Below, piece after piece: positions 8,553-18,632 of a stretch of 61,115 nucleotides of DNA. A program made the position numbers and the translations under genes. This stretch comes from Terriglobales bacterium (GTDB lineage: Bacteria; Acidobacteriota; Terriglobia; Terriglobales; Acidobacteriaceae). The DNA lies in the NCBI GenBank assembly GCA_015655195.1, contig JAATFM010000291.1, positions 1-61,115 on the forward strand, read 5' to 3'. The notes under the pieces were generated by a model. It saw only the letters and a list, made by a program, of their open reading frames with translations. It searched no databases and was not told where the DNA came from. The first letter of the stretch is position 1. Every line of letters begins with the position of its first letter.

Positions 8553-10778
8553 GTGAGCAGGGAAACGGCCATGAACGCAGTGCTTCGCAGTCTTGCCATC
8601 GTATTTGTGTCAGCCTTGCCTTTGCTTGCGGCGGCGCAGGATGACTATCTAAACCACGTTGTCTTCACGAACAGCCTCACGCCGGACGGCGACTTCTATA
8701 CCAGCGGCAATGCTGTTGCTCCCAGCACACTTGAGACCGCGAAGGGCAAGCTTCCCGTCGAGCGCGGCATCTTCCTCAGCCCGCCGAATGCGCTGCGGCT
8801 TAGCTGGAAGTCGGTTGCGAGCGGAAGCTGGGATGCGGAGATTCATGTCGTCAATATGGATAATCGCCCGGCGGATTTTCACGGCGATACCTTGTCCTTC
8901 TGGTGCTACGCGCCAGAGGGAATCGCTGCCGCGGAGATGCCGCAGATCCGGCTCGAAGGCAGCGGAGCCGACTTTACCGGTCCCATTCCGCTGGCAGAGT
9001 TTGCGGGTGCGCTGCCGGTCGGGAAGTGGACGCAGGTCAGGATTCCGCTGCGGCGCTTGGCGTCGGAGTCCGTTCGCGTCTTCGATGCGCGCCGCCTGCG
9101 CTCCGTCTACTTCGCACAGGCTGCCGCGGATGGCAAGCCACACACGCTGATCGTGGACGAGGTTCGCATTGACGGCAATGTTGCCGCTGTACCGGGAATT
9201 GCGAGCCCGTTATCCGTACCGGAGCAGCTTGAAGCAAAGGGCTACGAGCGCCATATCGACCTGCACTGGCGTTCGAATGACTCGGATGAACTAGCCTATG
9301 CCATCGTTTATCGGTCTTTGAATGGCGGCGAGTACAAACCCATCGGCGTTCAGGTGCCGGGGATTCATCGCTATACCGACTTTGTCGGCGCGCCGGGCGT
9401 CAAGGCTGCATACAAGGTTGCGCTGGTGGACAAGCAGTACCGCCAGTCCGGCTTTTCCGCTACGGCTGGCGCGGAGACGCGGCCCTTTTCGGACGACGAG
9501 CTGCTTACGATGCTGCAGGAAGCCTGCTTTCGCTATTACTGGGAGGAAGGCTCGCATCCGGTCTCCGGCATGACGCTCGAAAGCGTGCCGGGCGACGGAC
9601 GCATTGTTGCGACAGGCGCGAGCGGCTTCGGCATCATGGCGATTGTCGTCGGCATGGACCGCGGATTCGTCACTCGGGAGCAGGGAACCGAGCGGCTGAC
9701 GCGAATCGTCGGCTTTCTGGAAAAGGCGCAGCGCTATCACGGCGCGTGGCCTCATTTCATGGACGGCGCGACCGGCAAGACGCTGCCCGTCTTTGGAATG
9801 TTCGACGATGGCGCCGACATTGTGGAGACTTCGTTTCTGATGGAGGGGTTGCTGACGGCGCGCGGGTACCTGAGCCATTCTGACCGGCACGAGCCCGACC
9901 CGCAGGAGCGCGCTCTCGCCGTGCGGATTACGAAGCTGTGGGAGTCCGTCGAGTGGGACTGGTATGCGAGCGAGCCTCACGACGGCGCAATGCTCTGGCA
10001 CTGGTCGCCGCAGTGGTCGTGGCGCGCGCATCATCGGCTCACGGGATTCAACGAGACAATGGTTGCCTATCTGCTCGCCATCGCTTCGCCTACGCACGGC
10101 ATTCCGGCAAGCTCCTATTATGCCGGCTGGGCCAGCCAGTCACAGCAGGCCCAGGAATATCGCGCTGGGTGGTCGGGATCGCAGGCCGGCAGGCTCTATG
10201 CGAACGGGGAGACATTCGAGGGCATCAAGCTAGATGTGGGCGTGGGTGAAGGCGGGCCGCTCTTCTTTACGCAGTATTCGTTCATGGGCCCGGACCCGCA
10301 CGCGGTTCAGGACAGCTATACCAACTACTTCGAGAACAATCGCAACATCGCGCGCATCGATTACCGCTACTGCCTGCGGAATCCGGGCAAATTCAAGGGC
10401 TATGGCGAGAACGCATGGGGACTTTCGGCGAGCCTCGACCCGGACGGCTACGACGCACATGAGCCGAATGCCAGGCATGATAATGGAACTATTGCACCCA
10501 CTGCAGCGCTTGGCGCGTTTCCATACACTCCGCAGGAGTCGATGGCCGCGTTGAAGCACATTTACCGCGACCTCGGCGACCGGGCGTGGGGCATTTACGG
10601 CCCCGTCGATGCCTTTAATGAAGGCAGGGACTGGTTCTCGCCCATGTATCTCGGGCTCGACCAGGCGCCGATAACCGTCATGGTCGAGAACGAGCGAAGC
10701 GGCCTGATATGGAAGGCGTTTATGTCGAACCCGGAGATGGCGCCGATGCTTGAGAAGATCAGGAGCGGATCGAAGTGA
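8553..10778 (+). CDS. GH144-like endo-beta-1,2-glucanase (glucoamylase-like fold) with N-terminal CBM-like and Fn3-like domains, secreted
   Basis: Motifs ATGASGFGIMA, HGAWPHFMDG, DGADIVETSFL, FNETMVAYLLA, GGPLFFTQYSF, GTIAPTAA and YLGLDQAP. Signal peptide ends AAA-Q. Confidence 0.82.
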   Translation: MSRETAMNAVLRSLAIVFVSALPLLAAAQDDYLNHVVFTNSLTPDGDFYTSGNAVAPSTLETAKGKLPVERGIFLSPPNALRLSWKSVASGSWDAEIHVVNMDNRPADFHGDTLSFWCYAPEGIAAAEMPQIRLEGSGADFTGPIPLAEFAGALPVGKWTQVRIPLRRLASESVRVFDARRLRSVYFAQAAADGKPHTLIVDEVRIDGNVAAVPGIASPLSVPEQLEAKGYERHIDLHWRSNDSDELAYAIVYRSLNGGEYKPIGVQVPGIHRYTDFVGAPGVKAAYKVALVDKQYRQSGFSATAGAETRPFSDDELLTMLQEACFRYYWEEGSHPVSGMTLESVPGDGRIVATGASGFGIMAIVVGMDRGFVTREQGTERLTRIVGFLEKAQRYHGAWPHFMDGATGKTLPVFGMFDDGADIVETSFLMEGLLTARGYLSHSDRHEPDPQERALAVRITKLWESVEWDWYASEPHDGAMLWHWSPQWSWRAHHRLTGFNETMVAYLLAIASPTHGIPASSYYAGWASQSQQAQEYRAGWSGSQAGRLYANGETFEGIKLDVGVGEGGPLFFTQYSFMGPDPHAVQDSYTNYFENNRNIARIDYRYCLRNPGKFKGYGENAWGLSASLDPDGYDAHEPNARHDNGTIAPTAALGAFPYTPQESMAALKHIYRDLGDRAWGIYGPVDAFNEGRDWFSPMYLGLDQAPITVMVENERSGLIWKAFMSNPEMAPMLEKIRSGSK

Positions 10779-11830
10779 CGAAAAGTTCGGCGCGACCGAC
10801 AACGCTCAAGGAACTTGCGCGGCATCTCGATCTTTCGCCAGCCACTGTATCGCGCATTGTCAACGGCCACGCTGCCAAGTATCGGATTGCCGAGGAGACG
10901 CAGAAGCGCGTTCTTGAAGCCGCCGCGGCGCACGGCTATTCCGCCAATGCCGTGGCGCGCAGTTTGCGCGAAAAACGCACCTATACCATCGGCGTAATTC
11001 TGCCCGAGATCAGCGAAGGCTATTCGACCGCTGTGTTGAGCGGCATCGAAGACGAGTTGCTGAAGGATGGTTTTTTCTACTTTGTCGTGAGCCACCGCCA
11101 TCGCGCCGATCTGCTCGAAATCTATCCGGGCATGATGCTTTCGCGTTCCGTGGAAGGCATTATCGCCATCGACACGTTTATCGAGCAGGATCTGCGCGTG
11201 CCGCAGGTTGCCGTCTCCGGTCATCGCCACCGCGAGGGCGTCATTAATATCGAACTCGATCACAATATGGCCGCAGAGCTTGCGCTCTCGCATCTCAAGG
11301 CGCACGGGCACCGGCAGATTGCGTTTATCAAGGGCCAGGCTTTCAGCTCCGATACCAATCCCCGCTGGTCGGCAATTGTGAAAGCGGCGAAGAGGCTGGG
11401 AATCGAAGTGAATCCGAAGCTCGTGGTGCAGTTGCAGAGCGAGGATTCGGGGCCGGGGCCGGGCACCGATGTAACGCGCCAACTGCTCCAGTCAGGAGTT
11501 CCGTTCACAGCCATTTTTGCCTATAACGACGTGACGGCGATTGGCGCGATCCTGGCGCTACGCGAGGCCGGCCTGCGCGTGCCGCGGGATGTTTCCGTGC
11601 TCGGCTTCGACGACGTTCCTTCGGCCCTGACCAATAACCCGCCGCTCACTACGATTCGCCAGCCGCTGCGAAGCATGGGCCACGCGGCGGCAAGCACGCT
11701 GCTCGGACTCATCCGCGATACGCTTCCGCACCCGTGGCCGCAATCGATCACCGTCCAACCCGAGCTTGTGGTTCGCAAGTCCACCGGGCACGCACACGCA
11801 GAGGAAGGTCACAGGACAGCCAATGAGTGA
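10775..11830 (+). CDS. LacI-family transcriptional regulator
   Basis: TLKELARHLDLSPATVSRIVNG HTH, YSANAVARSL hinge, TAIFAYND, VPRDVSVLGFDD and PPLTTIRQP. GTGA overlap with the upstream stop. Confidence 0.95.
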   Translation: MTKSSARPTTLKELARHLDLSPATVSRIVNGHAAKYRIAEETQKRVLEAAAAHGYSANAVARSLREKRTYTIGVILPEISEGYSTAVLSGIEDELLKDGFFYFVVSHRHRADLLEIYPGMMLSRSVEGIIAIDTFIEQDLRVPQVAVSGHRHREGVINIELDHNMAAELALSHLKAHGHRQIAFIKGQAFSSDTNPRWSAIVKAAKRLGIEVNPKLVVQLQSEDSGPGPGTDVTRQLLQSGVPFTAIFAYNDVTAIGAILALREAGLRVPRDVSVLGFDDVPSALTNNPPLTTIRQPLRSMGHAAASTLLGLIRDTLPHPWPQSITVQPELVVRKSTGHAHAEEGHRTANE

Positions 11831-11846
11831 CCTGAAAGGGGAAAGA

Positions 11847-14270
11847 ATGCGTTACCGGTATTCGGATTACAATCGCAGGCGCAGGCCGCGGTTTCAATCG
11901 ACTTTTGTGGAGGCTTTTATGGCGGCGGCGTTTCTCGCGCTGCTTCCTTCCGCCGCGCAGGGGCAGAGCGCGCTTTCGTACGCGCCTCCCGTGGAAGCTA
12001 GGCAGGCCGCGCCTTCGAACAGCCAGCTTGCCTCGCAAGCCATTGAGAAGCGCGTCGATGCGCTGCTCAAGCAGATGACGCTCGAAGAGAAGCTGGGACA
12101 GTTGGTGCAGTACAGCGACACCGGCGACTCCGCAGTGGCGCCGCTTGCGAATGCCGTTCAGGCGCCGGGCAAAAATCCGGAGACGCACGTCAAGATCGAT
12201 CCCATGCAGCTTGCCACGTCGGGCCGGCTCGGCTCCATGCTGAACGTGGGGGACACGGGTCGTATAAGCGCCTTTCAGCACGCTGCTGTTGAAAAAAGCC
12301 GGCTGCACATTCCGCTGCTCTTTGGCGCGGACATTCTGCACGGCTATCGCACGATCTATCCCATTCCGCTCGGCCTTGCGGCTACGTTCGATCCGCAGCT
12401 TGTCTCGTCGGTTGCGCACATCTCGGCGGCAGAGGCCAGCACCGCCGGTGTGCGCTGGTTTTACTCGCCGATGGTCGATATTTCCCGCGATCCGCGCTGG
12501 GGGAGAACGCAGGAGGGCGCGGGCGAGGATGCCTATCTTGGCTCCGCAATGGCGCGCGCATACATTCGCGGATACCAGGGCGGCGATCTCTCGCATCCCG
12601 ACTCCGTTGCGGCCAGCGTGAAGCATTTCGCGGCCTATGGAGCGGCTGAGGCCGGACGCGAATACAACACGACCGATATGTCGCTGAGCCGCCTCGAACA
12701 GGATTACCTGCCGCCGTACAAGGCAGCGGTCGAAGAGGGTGCTGCGACGATGATGAGCGCCTTCAACGCGCTGAACGGCGTGCCTGCGACGGCAAATTCC
12801 TTCCTGATGCAGGACACGCTTCGCCGCCAGTGGGGCTTTGACGGTTTCGTGGTGAGCGACTTTACCGCCGTGATGGAGCTTCGCAATCACGGTATCGCGC
12901 GGGATGCTGCAACCGCCACGCAAAAGGCGCTGCTCGCCGGCGTGGATGTTGACATGATGTCGCACTATTACGACACCGAGCTGCCGGCGCTGATCCGCTC
13001 GGGCAAGGTTCCCATCTCGGCTGTCGATGAGGCAGTTCGCCGCGTGCTGCGCGTGAAATTCGCGCTGGGATTGTTTGAGCATCCGTACCCGGACGGCAAG
13101 GAAGTGACCGCAGCAGTGCCGGAGCATCGTGCTCTGGTGCGTAAAGCTGCGGAGGAATCGCTCGTTCTGCTGAAGAATGACGTTTCCATCTTGCCGCTCT
13201 CGAACCAGCCGCGCAAAATCGCCCTGATTGGCCCGCTGGCCGACAACACGCAGGAGATGATCGCGGTGTGGGGTGGAGCCGGGCGCAATGCTGACGTAGT
13301 GACCGTGAAGGATGCGTTGGAGCAGCGTGCGAAACAGGGTGGCGGCGAGCTACTTTACGCCAGAGGCACGGAAATTTCCGGTAGCTCGGAGTCCGGATTT
13401 GACGCCGCGCTCGATGCCGCGCGCCAGGCTGACGTTGTCGTAATGGCGCTTGGCGAATCGAGCGAGATGAGCGGCGAGGCCGGCTCACGGGCGCATCTTG
13501 ACCTGCCCGGCAACCAGCAGAAGCTGCTCGAATCGGTTGCCGCAACGGGCAAGCCCATCGTTCTGCTTGTCTTTTCAGGCCGTCCGCTGGTGCTGGACTG
13601 GGCCGCGCAGCACGTTCCGGCAATCGTGGAAACATGGTTCCCCGGAGTCGAGGCCGGTTCGGCCATCGCCGATCTTCTTTATGGCGATGTTGCGCCGAGC
13701 GCCAAGCTGCCGATGAGCTTTCCTCGCGCAGTGGGGCAGGAGCCGCTCTACTACAATCAGCTTCCCACTGGCCGACCAGCCCTCCACGTCGATCTCTCGA
13801 AGAGGGGCAGCGGCGATGACCGTTTTGTCTCGCGCTACCTCGACGTTCCCAACGACGCGCTCTTTCCCTTCGGCTATGGGCTGAGCTATACGACGTTTAC
13901 TTACTCGGGCGTTTCTGTTTCGCGCGCTTCCTTGCCGCTGCGCGAAGCTGAGCAAGACGGCGCACGCAAGCTCGTCGTGGCAACGGCAACGGTAAAGAAC
14001 ACGGGCAGCCGCGCGGCTACGGAAGTGGTTCAGTGCTATGTGCGGAATCTCGGCGCGAGCCTGGAGCAGCCCGTTCGCAGCTTGCAGGGATTCACGCGCG
14101 TCACGCTTGCGCCGGGTGAGTCGAAGCAGGTTTCCTTTGACCTGGGCTTTCCGGAATTGTCCTTCTACGACAACTCCGGCAAGGCTGTCGTAGAGCCAAC
14201 GCATTACACGGTCTGGATCGGCGGCAGTTCGCTTGCCAGCGATCAAGCGGACTTCGACATCGTTCCTTAA
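11847..14270 (+). CDS. bglX: GH3 beta-glucosidase (BglX-like), secreted
   Basis: MTLEEKLGQL, RDPRWGR, SVKHFAAYG, GFVVSDF, GEAGSRA, LFPFGYGLSYTTF and a C-terminal Fn3-like domain. Start chosen at the ATG after AAGGGG; alternative start 11823. Confidence 0.93.
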   Translation: MRYRYSDYNRRRRPRFQSTFVEAFMAAAFLALLPSAAQGQSALSYAPPVEARQAAPSNSQLASQAIEKRVDALLKQMTLEEKLGQLVQYSDTGDSAVAPLANAVQAPGKNPETHVKIDPMQLATSGRLGSMLNVGDTGRISAFQHAAVEKSRLHIPLLFGADILHGYRTIYPIPLGLAATFDPQLVSSVAHISAAEASTAGVRWFYSPMVDISRDPRWGRTQEGAGEDAYLGSAMARAYIRGYQGGDLSHPDSVAASVKHFAAYGAAEAGREYNTTDMSLSRLEQDYLPPYKAAVEEGAATMMSAFNALNGVPATANSFLMQDTLRRQWGFDGFVVSDFTAVMELRNHGIARDAATATQKALLAGVDVDMMSHYYDTELPALIRSGKVPISAVDEAVRRVLRVKFALGLFEHPYPDGKEVTAAVPEHRALVRKAAEESLVLLKNDVSILPLSNQPRKIALIGPLADNTQEMIAVWGGAGRNADVVTVKDALEQRAKQGGGELLYARGTEISGSSESGFDAALDAARQADVVVMALGESSEMSGEAGSRAHLDLPGNQQKLLESVAATGKPIVLLVFSGRPLVLDWAAQHVPAIVETWFPGVEAGSAIADLLYGDVAPSAKLPMSFPRAVGQEPLYYNQLPTGRPALHVDLSKRGSGDDRFVSRYLDVPNDALFPFGYGLSYTTFTYSGVSVSRASLPLREAEQDGARKLVVATATVKNTGSRAATEVVQCYVRNLGASLEQPVRSLQGFTRVTLAPGESKQVSFDLGFPELSFYDNSGKAVVEPTHYTVWIGGSSLASDQADFDIVP

Positions 14271-14285
14271 CAGGCAATGCAGCAC

Positions 14286-14327
14286 GCAAAAAGAGAGGGG
14301 CATCGGAAGATGCCCCTCTCTTTTTGC
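14286..14327. terminator. Bidirectional intrinsic terminator between GH3 and TBDR
   Basis: Perfect stem GCAAAAAGAGAGGGGCATC-GGAA-GATGCCCCTCTCTTTTTGC with A and T tails. Confidence 0.9.
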
Positions 14328-14340
14328 TGTGCGTTCTGCG

Positions 14341-17300
14341 TTAGAAGCGGAAGTGGGCCTGGAAGTTGACGGTTCTTCCTCCAAGAAGGGGTGAGCCTTG
14401 CGAGAAGTTTTCCTGGCCAAAGGTTGTGAGATTGACATTGGTGACAATGTTGGATGGGTTGAGGTTGATGATGTTGAACAGGTTGAAGGTATCCACGCGA
14501 ACTTCCAGGACTGCCGCGTTGCCCAGCAGACGGTTGTTCGGCAGGCCGAATGCCTTGGACAACGAGGCATCGATGTCCCTGTATCCCGGACCATTGAAGC
14601 TATTGCGTCCAATGCCGGGTGGCGGAGGCAGCGCGGCATTCGGGGCCGGGAAGCCGTCGCCTGTCATGGCAGCCCCAAAGTTCGGAACCGAGAAGTACTT
14701 GTTGGAGTAGGCAACGATTGTATTGGCTTGTCCGTTTACCGTTGCTGTCGTCTCATTTTGATTGGCAACGGCGTTTGCGTAATCGGGGAAGTTGGTTCCC
14801 TGTTCAAATGCCTTGTTGCTGGTGGAGTTTCCGCCGCCGCCGAGATACTGTGGACGAAGGTTGTAATAACCGCAGTTCGAGCAGTAGAGAGATTGCTGCG
14901 TCCCATAGTTTGGCGTCCAGCCGAAGCCCGTGTGGATATTGAAGATTCCACTCAGCGCCCAGCCGCCCACGGCCTTTTCCATCCAGTTATGCGCTCCGTG
15001 GAAGAACACTGGCTGATAGAGGCCAAATACCTTGAAGGAGTCGCGGATGTCGTAGTCGGAGCGGCCGCGGGAGTAGGCCGGGTTTTCAGGGTAGTACGGG
15101 TCTTCCTCGTAGGGCTGCGAAGTGTCGTCCATGCTCCTGGCCCACATGAATTGCGCGTCGAGTGAGAACTGGTGGGAGAACGGATGCTTTATCTCGGCCA
15201 GCATTGCGTTGTTGTTGGAGCCACCCTGGTTGCCGTAGTAGTCGAGATTCGTAACCAGCGGGTTCAGGGCAAGGCTGCCCTGCGCGAGAGCGGTTGCGTT
15301 TCCAAGGTACTGAACCATGAGGTGCTTGCCGACGCTTCCCTGATAGCCGAGAGAGGCGACGATCCAGTTGCTGAACTCGTACTGAGCATCCAGTGAGAAA
15401 TGATGCTGGTACTGTGTGGGAAGCCCGCCGGTACCATCTCCGAAGACAGTGACGGTGGCGTTGCCTGCAACCGGAAGGTTGACGCTGTTATATGCGGTGA
15501 TGGTGTTCGGATTCGAGGCGAAGCCATTCAACGATGTCGGGCTGCTCGATATGCCGTAGAGGATGTCGGCGCCGTTTACGCCGGGATTTCCAGGGCTTGA
15601 ATAGGCGAAGTTGTAGTAGCCCTGGGTGGGAGGATTCTGAAAAGCATTGGACGTGATGGCAATCTCTTCCTGGTTATAGCTCAGCCCATATCCGCCGCGC
15701 ACAACCAGCTTGTTACGGAAGGCCGCCGGGCTCCAGTCAAAGGCGAACTGCGGACCGAAGTTCGCTTTCTGCGCCGTCCACAGGCTTCCGCCTACCCTCA
15801 CACCGATTCCTGTGAAGTAGCTTGTCCCCGATCCTACCTGCACCGTGCTCAGGTTGCTTTGCGTCGTTGAGAGCGGTCCGAAATAGGAGTAGCGCAAGCC
15901 GGCATGAAGGGTCAGGTTCGGCGTGACCTTCCAGTCGTCCTGAACGAAGGCTCCAAACATGTTCTCGCGGAAGTCCTGGCGCGTTCCGCCGGGGAAGCCG
16001 GTTACGGTGTTAAAAGTGCCGGATTCCGCCTCGGGAGCATCGTTGAGGAAATCCCAGACGTTATAGAAGGTGTAGGTCGGGCGGCCGATTGGGTCGTTCA
16101 GATAACGCAGGTTGGTGAAGTCAGCGCCAAACTTGATGGTGTGCGAGTGAACGATCTTCGTGGCCACATCCTTGTAGCCGTAAGTCCACTGGTCGAGGAT
16201 GGTGCCTAGCGAAGAACCGAACTGATTGACGGTGGCGGAGCCGATCGCGAGGATGTTGTCCTGTGGCAATCCGACGGGCTGCTGCGGATTGTCCGCAACC
16301 TCATTCCAGCGCCAGCCTGCGGCATTGGCGCGAGCTTCGTTGAGGAAGGTGGGTGAGAAGATGTGGTTCCAGATCACGGAGAATGCGTCGTTGATCTGCG
16401 AGTGATTGAAAAGATTGTAGGCGCGCGAACCGCCGTTGTATTCCGTGCTCCCTATTGGCACCCAGTAGATGGCGAATGCCAGCTTGTCCTTGCTGGTAAC
16501 GTCGGCATCGAGCCGGCCATTGAAATTGCGATAGTACGAGGTGAACGGGCTGGTCACGTTGAAGTTCGCAATGTCGGCTACATTGGAGAGTCCGCCGCCG
16601 ATGCCGGGATTGTTTGCCGTGCCTGTGGCTGTCGGGTCGTGCGTGCCCAGAGGGGTGGTCAGCGGAGAGCCGATGTTCAGGCCTTGTCCGGGGATCGTGT
16701 TGCAGTTTACGCCTTCGACAAGTCCGATGCCTCCCGTGCCTGAGCAAGTGTAGCTGGTATTGATGCTCGTGGAGACGACGCCTGCGCCGGGGAAGGTCAG
16801 GAAAGTGGAGGAGATACTGCCGGCAGGCCCCAGGCCGTCGAAGGCGGTTGTGTCGTACCAGCCGGTTCCAGTGGTGGTGGTGGAATTTGGCGAGGACTCG
16901 AAGTCGAAGAAGGCAAAGATCTTGTTCTTCCAGATCGGGCCGCCGAGGCTGCCGCCGTACTGGTTGAAGCGCGATGTGTCTCTCTGTGGGGTGGTGGTAA
17001 AGCCCGATGTGGAGATTGTGCGCTGGAAGGCGTTCAGGCCTGGACGGTGAATTCCGATGAAGGCGGAGCCGTGGAGCTGATTGGTGCCGCTCTTGGATGT
17101 GACAAGTGTCTGTGCACCGCTGTAGCGGCCGTATTCGGCGTCGTAGTTGTTGCTGAGAACCCGGATGTTATCGACGGAATCGACATCCGGCGTGATAACG
17201 CTGCTGCCGCCCCAGACGGCGCTTGATGTGCTGATGCCGTCGATCGTGATACCGTTGTTTTCCATCTGGCCGCCGTTTGCGAAGACGGGAGGGCCGTTTT

Positions 17301-17952
17301 CGGTTGGCATCGAGCCTCCTGCCGTCGATCCCTGCGCGTTGCTGCCAACGCCGGGAGGCGTATAGACGCCGCCGCCAGCTGACTGCGCGCCGTCGCTGAT
17401 TACGCCGGGGATCAACTGCGTCAGCGTGAAGGGATCGCGGTTCCACGAAGGCATGTGCTGAAGGTCGTTGGTGGTGATGGTGCCGCCGGCGTTTGCCGTC
17501 TCGGTGTCAACGGCAGGCGTGGTGGAAGCGTCCACTTCGACCTGCTGCGTGGTTCCGGCGACCTCAAGCTGTACCGTGAGCGAGTTTGGCTGCTCGGGAA
17601 TGAGCTGGAGGTTGGAGAAAACTTTCTTTTGGAATCCGGCGCTGCTGACGGTGAGGGTGAAATTGGCGGCCGGCAGGGCATTGAAATTGAAGATGCCTGT
17701 GGCATCGCTGGTATGGGTCTGCGTCTCGTTTGTGGCGTTGTTTTTGAGAACGAGGGTCGCGCCGGGGATTACAGCGCCGGTAGTGTCGGTGACGACGCCC
17801 TGAATGGAAGTGCGAAATTGGGCGTGCGCGGGGACAATACACAGGGCCAGCAGCGCCAGCGCCGCCTGCCACCAGATGCTGCTGACAAACACGGACTGCC
17901 ACCGGGGGACCCGGCGGGACCGCACAGAATTGATTGGATGAATCGCTTGCAT
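14341..17952 (-). CDS. TonB-dependent receptor (carboxypeptidase regulatory-like N-domain, Oar-like)
   Basis: IQGVVTDTTGAVIPGA, SKSGTNQLHG, NQYGGSLGGPIWKNKIFAFF, VQDDWKV, GRNSFNGPG, FNLFN and C-terminal F. RBS AGGAG before MQAIH. Confidence 0.92.
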   Translation of the reverse strand: MQAIHPINSVRSRRVPRWQSVFVSSIWWQAALALLALCIVPAHAQFRTSIQGVVTDTTGAVIPGATLVLKNNATNETQTHTSDATGIFNFNALPAANFTLTVSSAGFQKKVFSNLQLIPEQPNSLTVQLEVAGTTQQVEVDASTTPAVDTETANAGGTITTNDLQHMPSWNRDPFTLTQLIPGVISDGAQSAGGGVYTPPGVGSNAQGSTAGGSMPTENGPPVFANGGQMENNGITIDGISTSSAVWGGSSVITPDVDSVDNIRVLSNNYDAEYGRYSGAQTLVTSKSGTNQLHGSAFIGIHRPGLNAFQRTISTSGFTTTPQRDTSRFNQYGGSLGGPIWKNKIFAFFDFESSPNSTTTTGTGWYDTTAFDGLGPAGSISSTFLTFPGAGVVSTSINTSYTCSGTGGIGLVEGVNCNTIPGQGLNIGSPLTTPLGTHDPTATGTANNPGIGGGLSNVADIANFNVTSPFTSYYRNFNGRLDADVTSKDKLAFAIYWVPIGSTEYNGGSRAYNLFNHSQINDAFSVIWNHIFSPTFLNEARANAAGWRWNEVADNPQQPVGLPQDNILAIGSATVNQFGSSLGTILDQWTYGYKDVATKIVHSHTIKFGADFTNLRYLNDPIGRPTYTFYNVWDFLNDAPEAESGTFNTVTGFPGGTRQDFRENMFGAFVQDDWKVTPNLTLHAGLRYSYFGPLSTTQSNLSTVQVGSGTSYFTGIGVRVGGSLWTAQKANFGPQFAFDWSPAAFRNKLVVRGGYGLSYNQEEIAITSNAFQNPPTQGYYNFAYSSPGNPGVNGADILYGISSSPTSLNGFASNPNTITAYNSVNLPVAGNATVTVFGDGTGGLPTQYQHHFSLDAQYEFSNWIVASLGYQGSVGKHLMVQYLGNATALAQGSLALNPLVTNLDYYGNQGGSNNNAMLAEIKHPFSHQFSLDAQFMWARSMDDTSQPYEEDPYYPENPAYSRGRSDYDIRDSFKVFGLYQPVFFHGAHNWMEKAVGGWALSGIFNIHTGFGWTPNYGTQQSLYCSNCGYYNLRPQYLGGGGNSTSNKAFEQGTNFPDYANAVANQNETTATVNGQANTIVAYSNKYFSVPNFGAAMTGDGFPAPNAALPPPPGIGRNSFNGPGYRDIDASLSKAFGLPNNRLLGNAAVLEVRVDTFNLFNIINLNPSNIVTNVNLTTFGQENFSQGSPLLGGRTVNFQAHFRF

Positions 17953-18041
17953 CACGCTCTCCTGAAAATTACTCATGCTAACGGCTGGTTCGGTTTCGTT
18001 GTTTGGGCCGAATTTTGAGGTTGCTCTAAGGGTTTCTCCTG

Positions 18042-18104
18042 TGCACAATCGATTGTGCAGACTGCAACGAAGTATTGTTACCACTCTCGTGACTTCACTG
18101 TCAA
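18042..18104 (-). promoter_or_regulatory. TBDR promoter with LacI-family operator TGCACAATCGATTGTGCA
   Basis: Minus-strand TTGACA (18104-18099) and TGGTAACAAT, then a perfect 18-bp palindrome at 18042-18059. Confidence 0.75.
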
Positions 18105-18216
18105 TCAATTTCTCCGGGGCAGACGGCCTTGAATCGCGCTCAAAGCCAATGAAAACCATGCTTTGCCGGGGTAATTTGCTTTTGCGCGCAAATCGCGGAG
18201 GCGGCTGCCTGACTGC

Positions 18217-18291
18217 CCAGTCCAGACCTGCCCAGTCTAGACCGACCCAGCCCGGTTCGGTCTAGACCAGTACAGACCAGCACGGACCGGC
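18217..18291 (+). repeat. Degenerate pentanucleotide tandem array (CCAGN-like x15)
   Basis: CCAGT CCAGA CCTGC CCAGT CTAGA CCGAC CCAGC CCGGT TCGGT CTAGA CCAGT ACAGA CCAGC ACGGA CCGGC. Confidence 0.6.
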
Positions 18292-18632
18292 GCGGATATG
18301 CTTGATGCGGGCTTCTCAACCGACCATCGGGCGAGGCTGGGAAGCAGGGACGGGAAAGCCGAAGGCTGCCTCCGCGGCCCAAACGGGAGAAAATGAAGCC
18401 GCGAATAGACTGGGCTTACCTGGATTGCGCTTGGCCATTCTGCCGAGAAAATCTAAAGTTTTCGATGAAACGCACAAAGGTAATCAAAACTTGCTATACT
18501 ACGCCTACAAAAAGACACCAACTGTATTGAATTAGGACATATTGCGTTTTTTCGGGAGATTCCTGTGTCAAAGCTGGGCATGTCGATCATGCCCTAGCCT
18601 GGCAGAAGAAATCCCTATTTTTCCCGGTCGCG

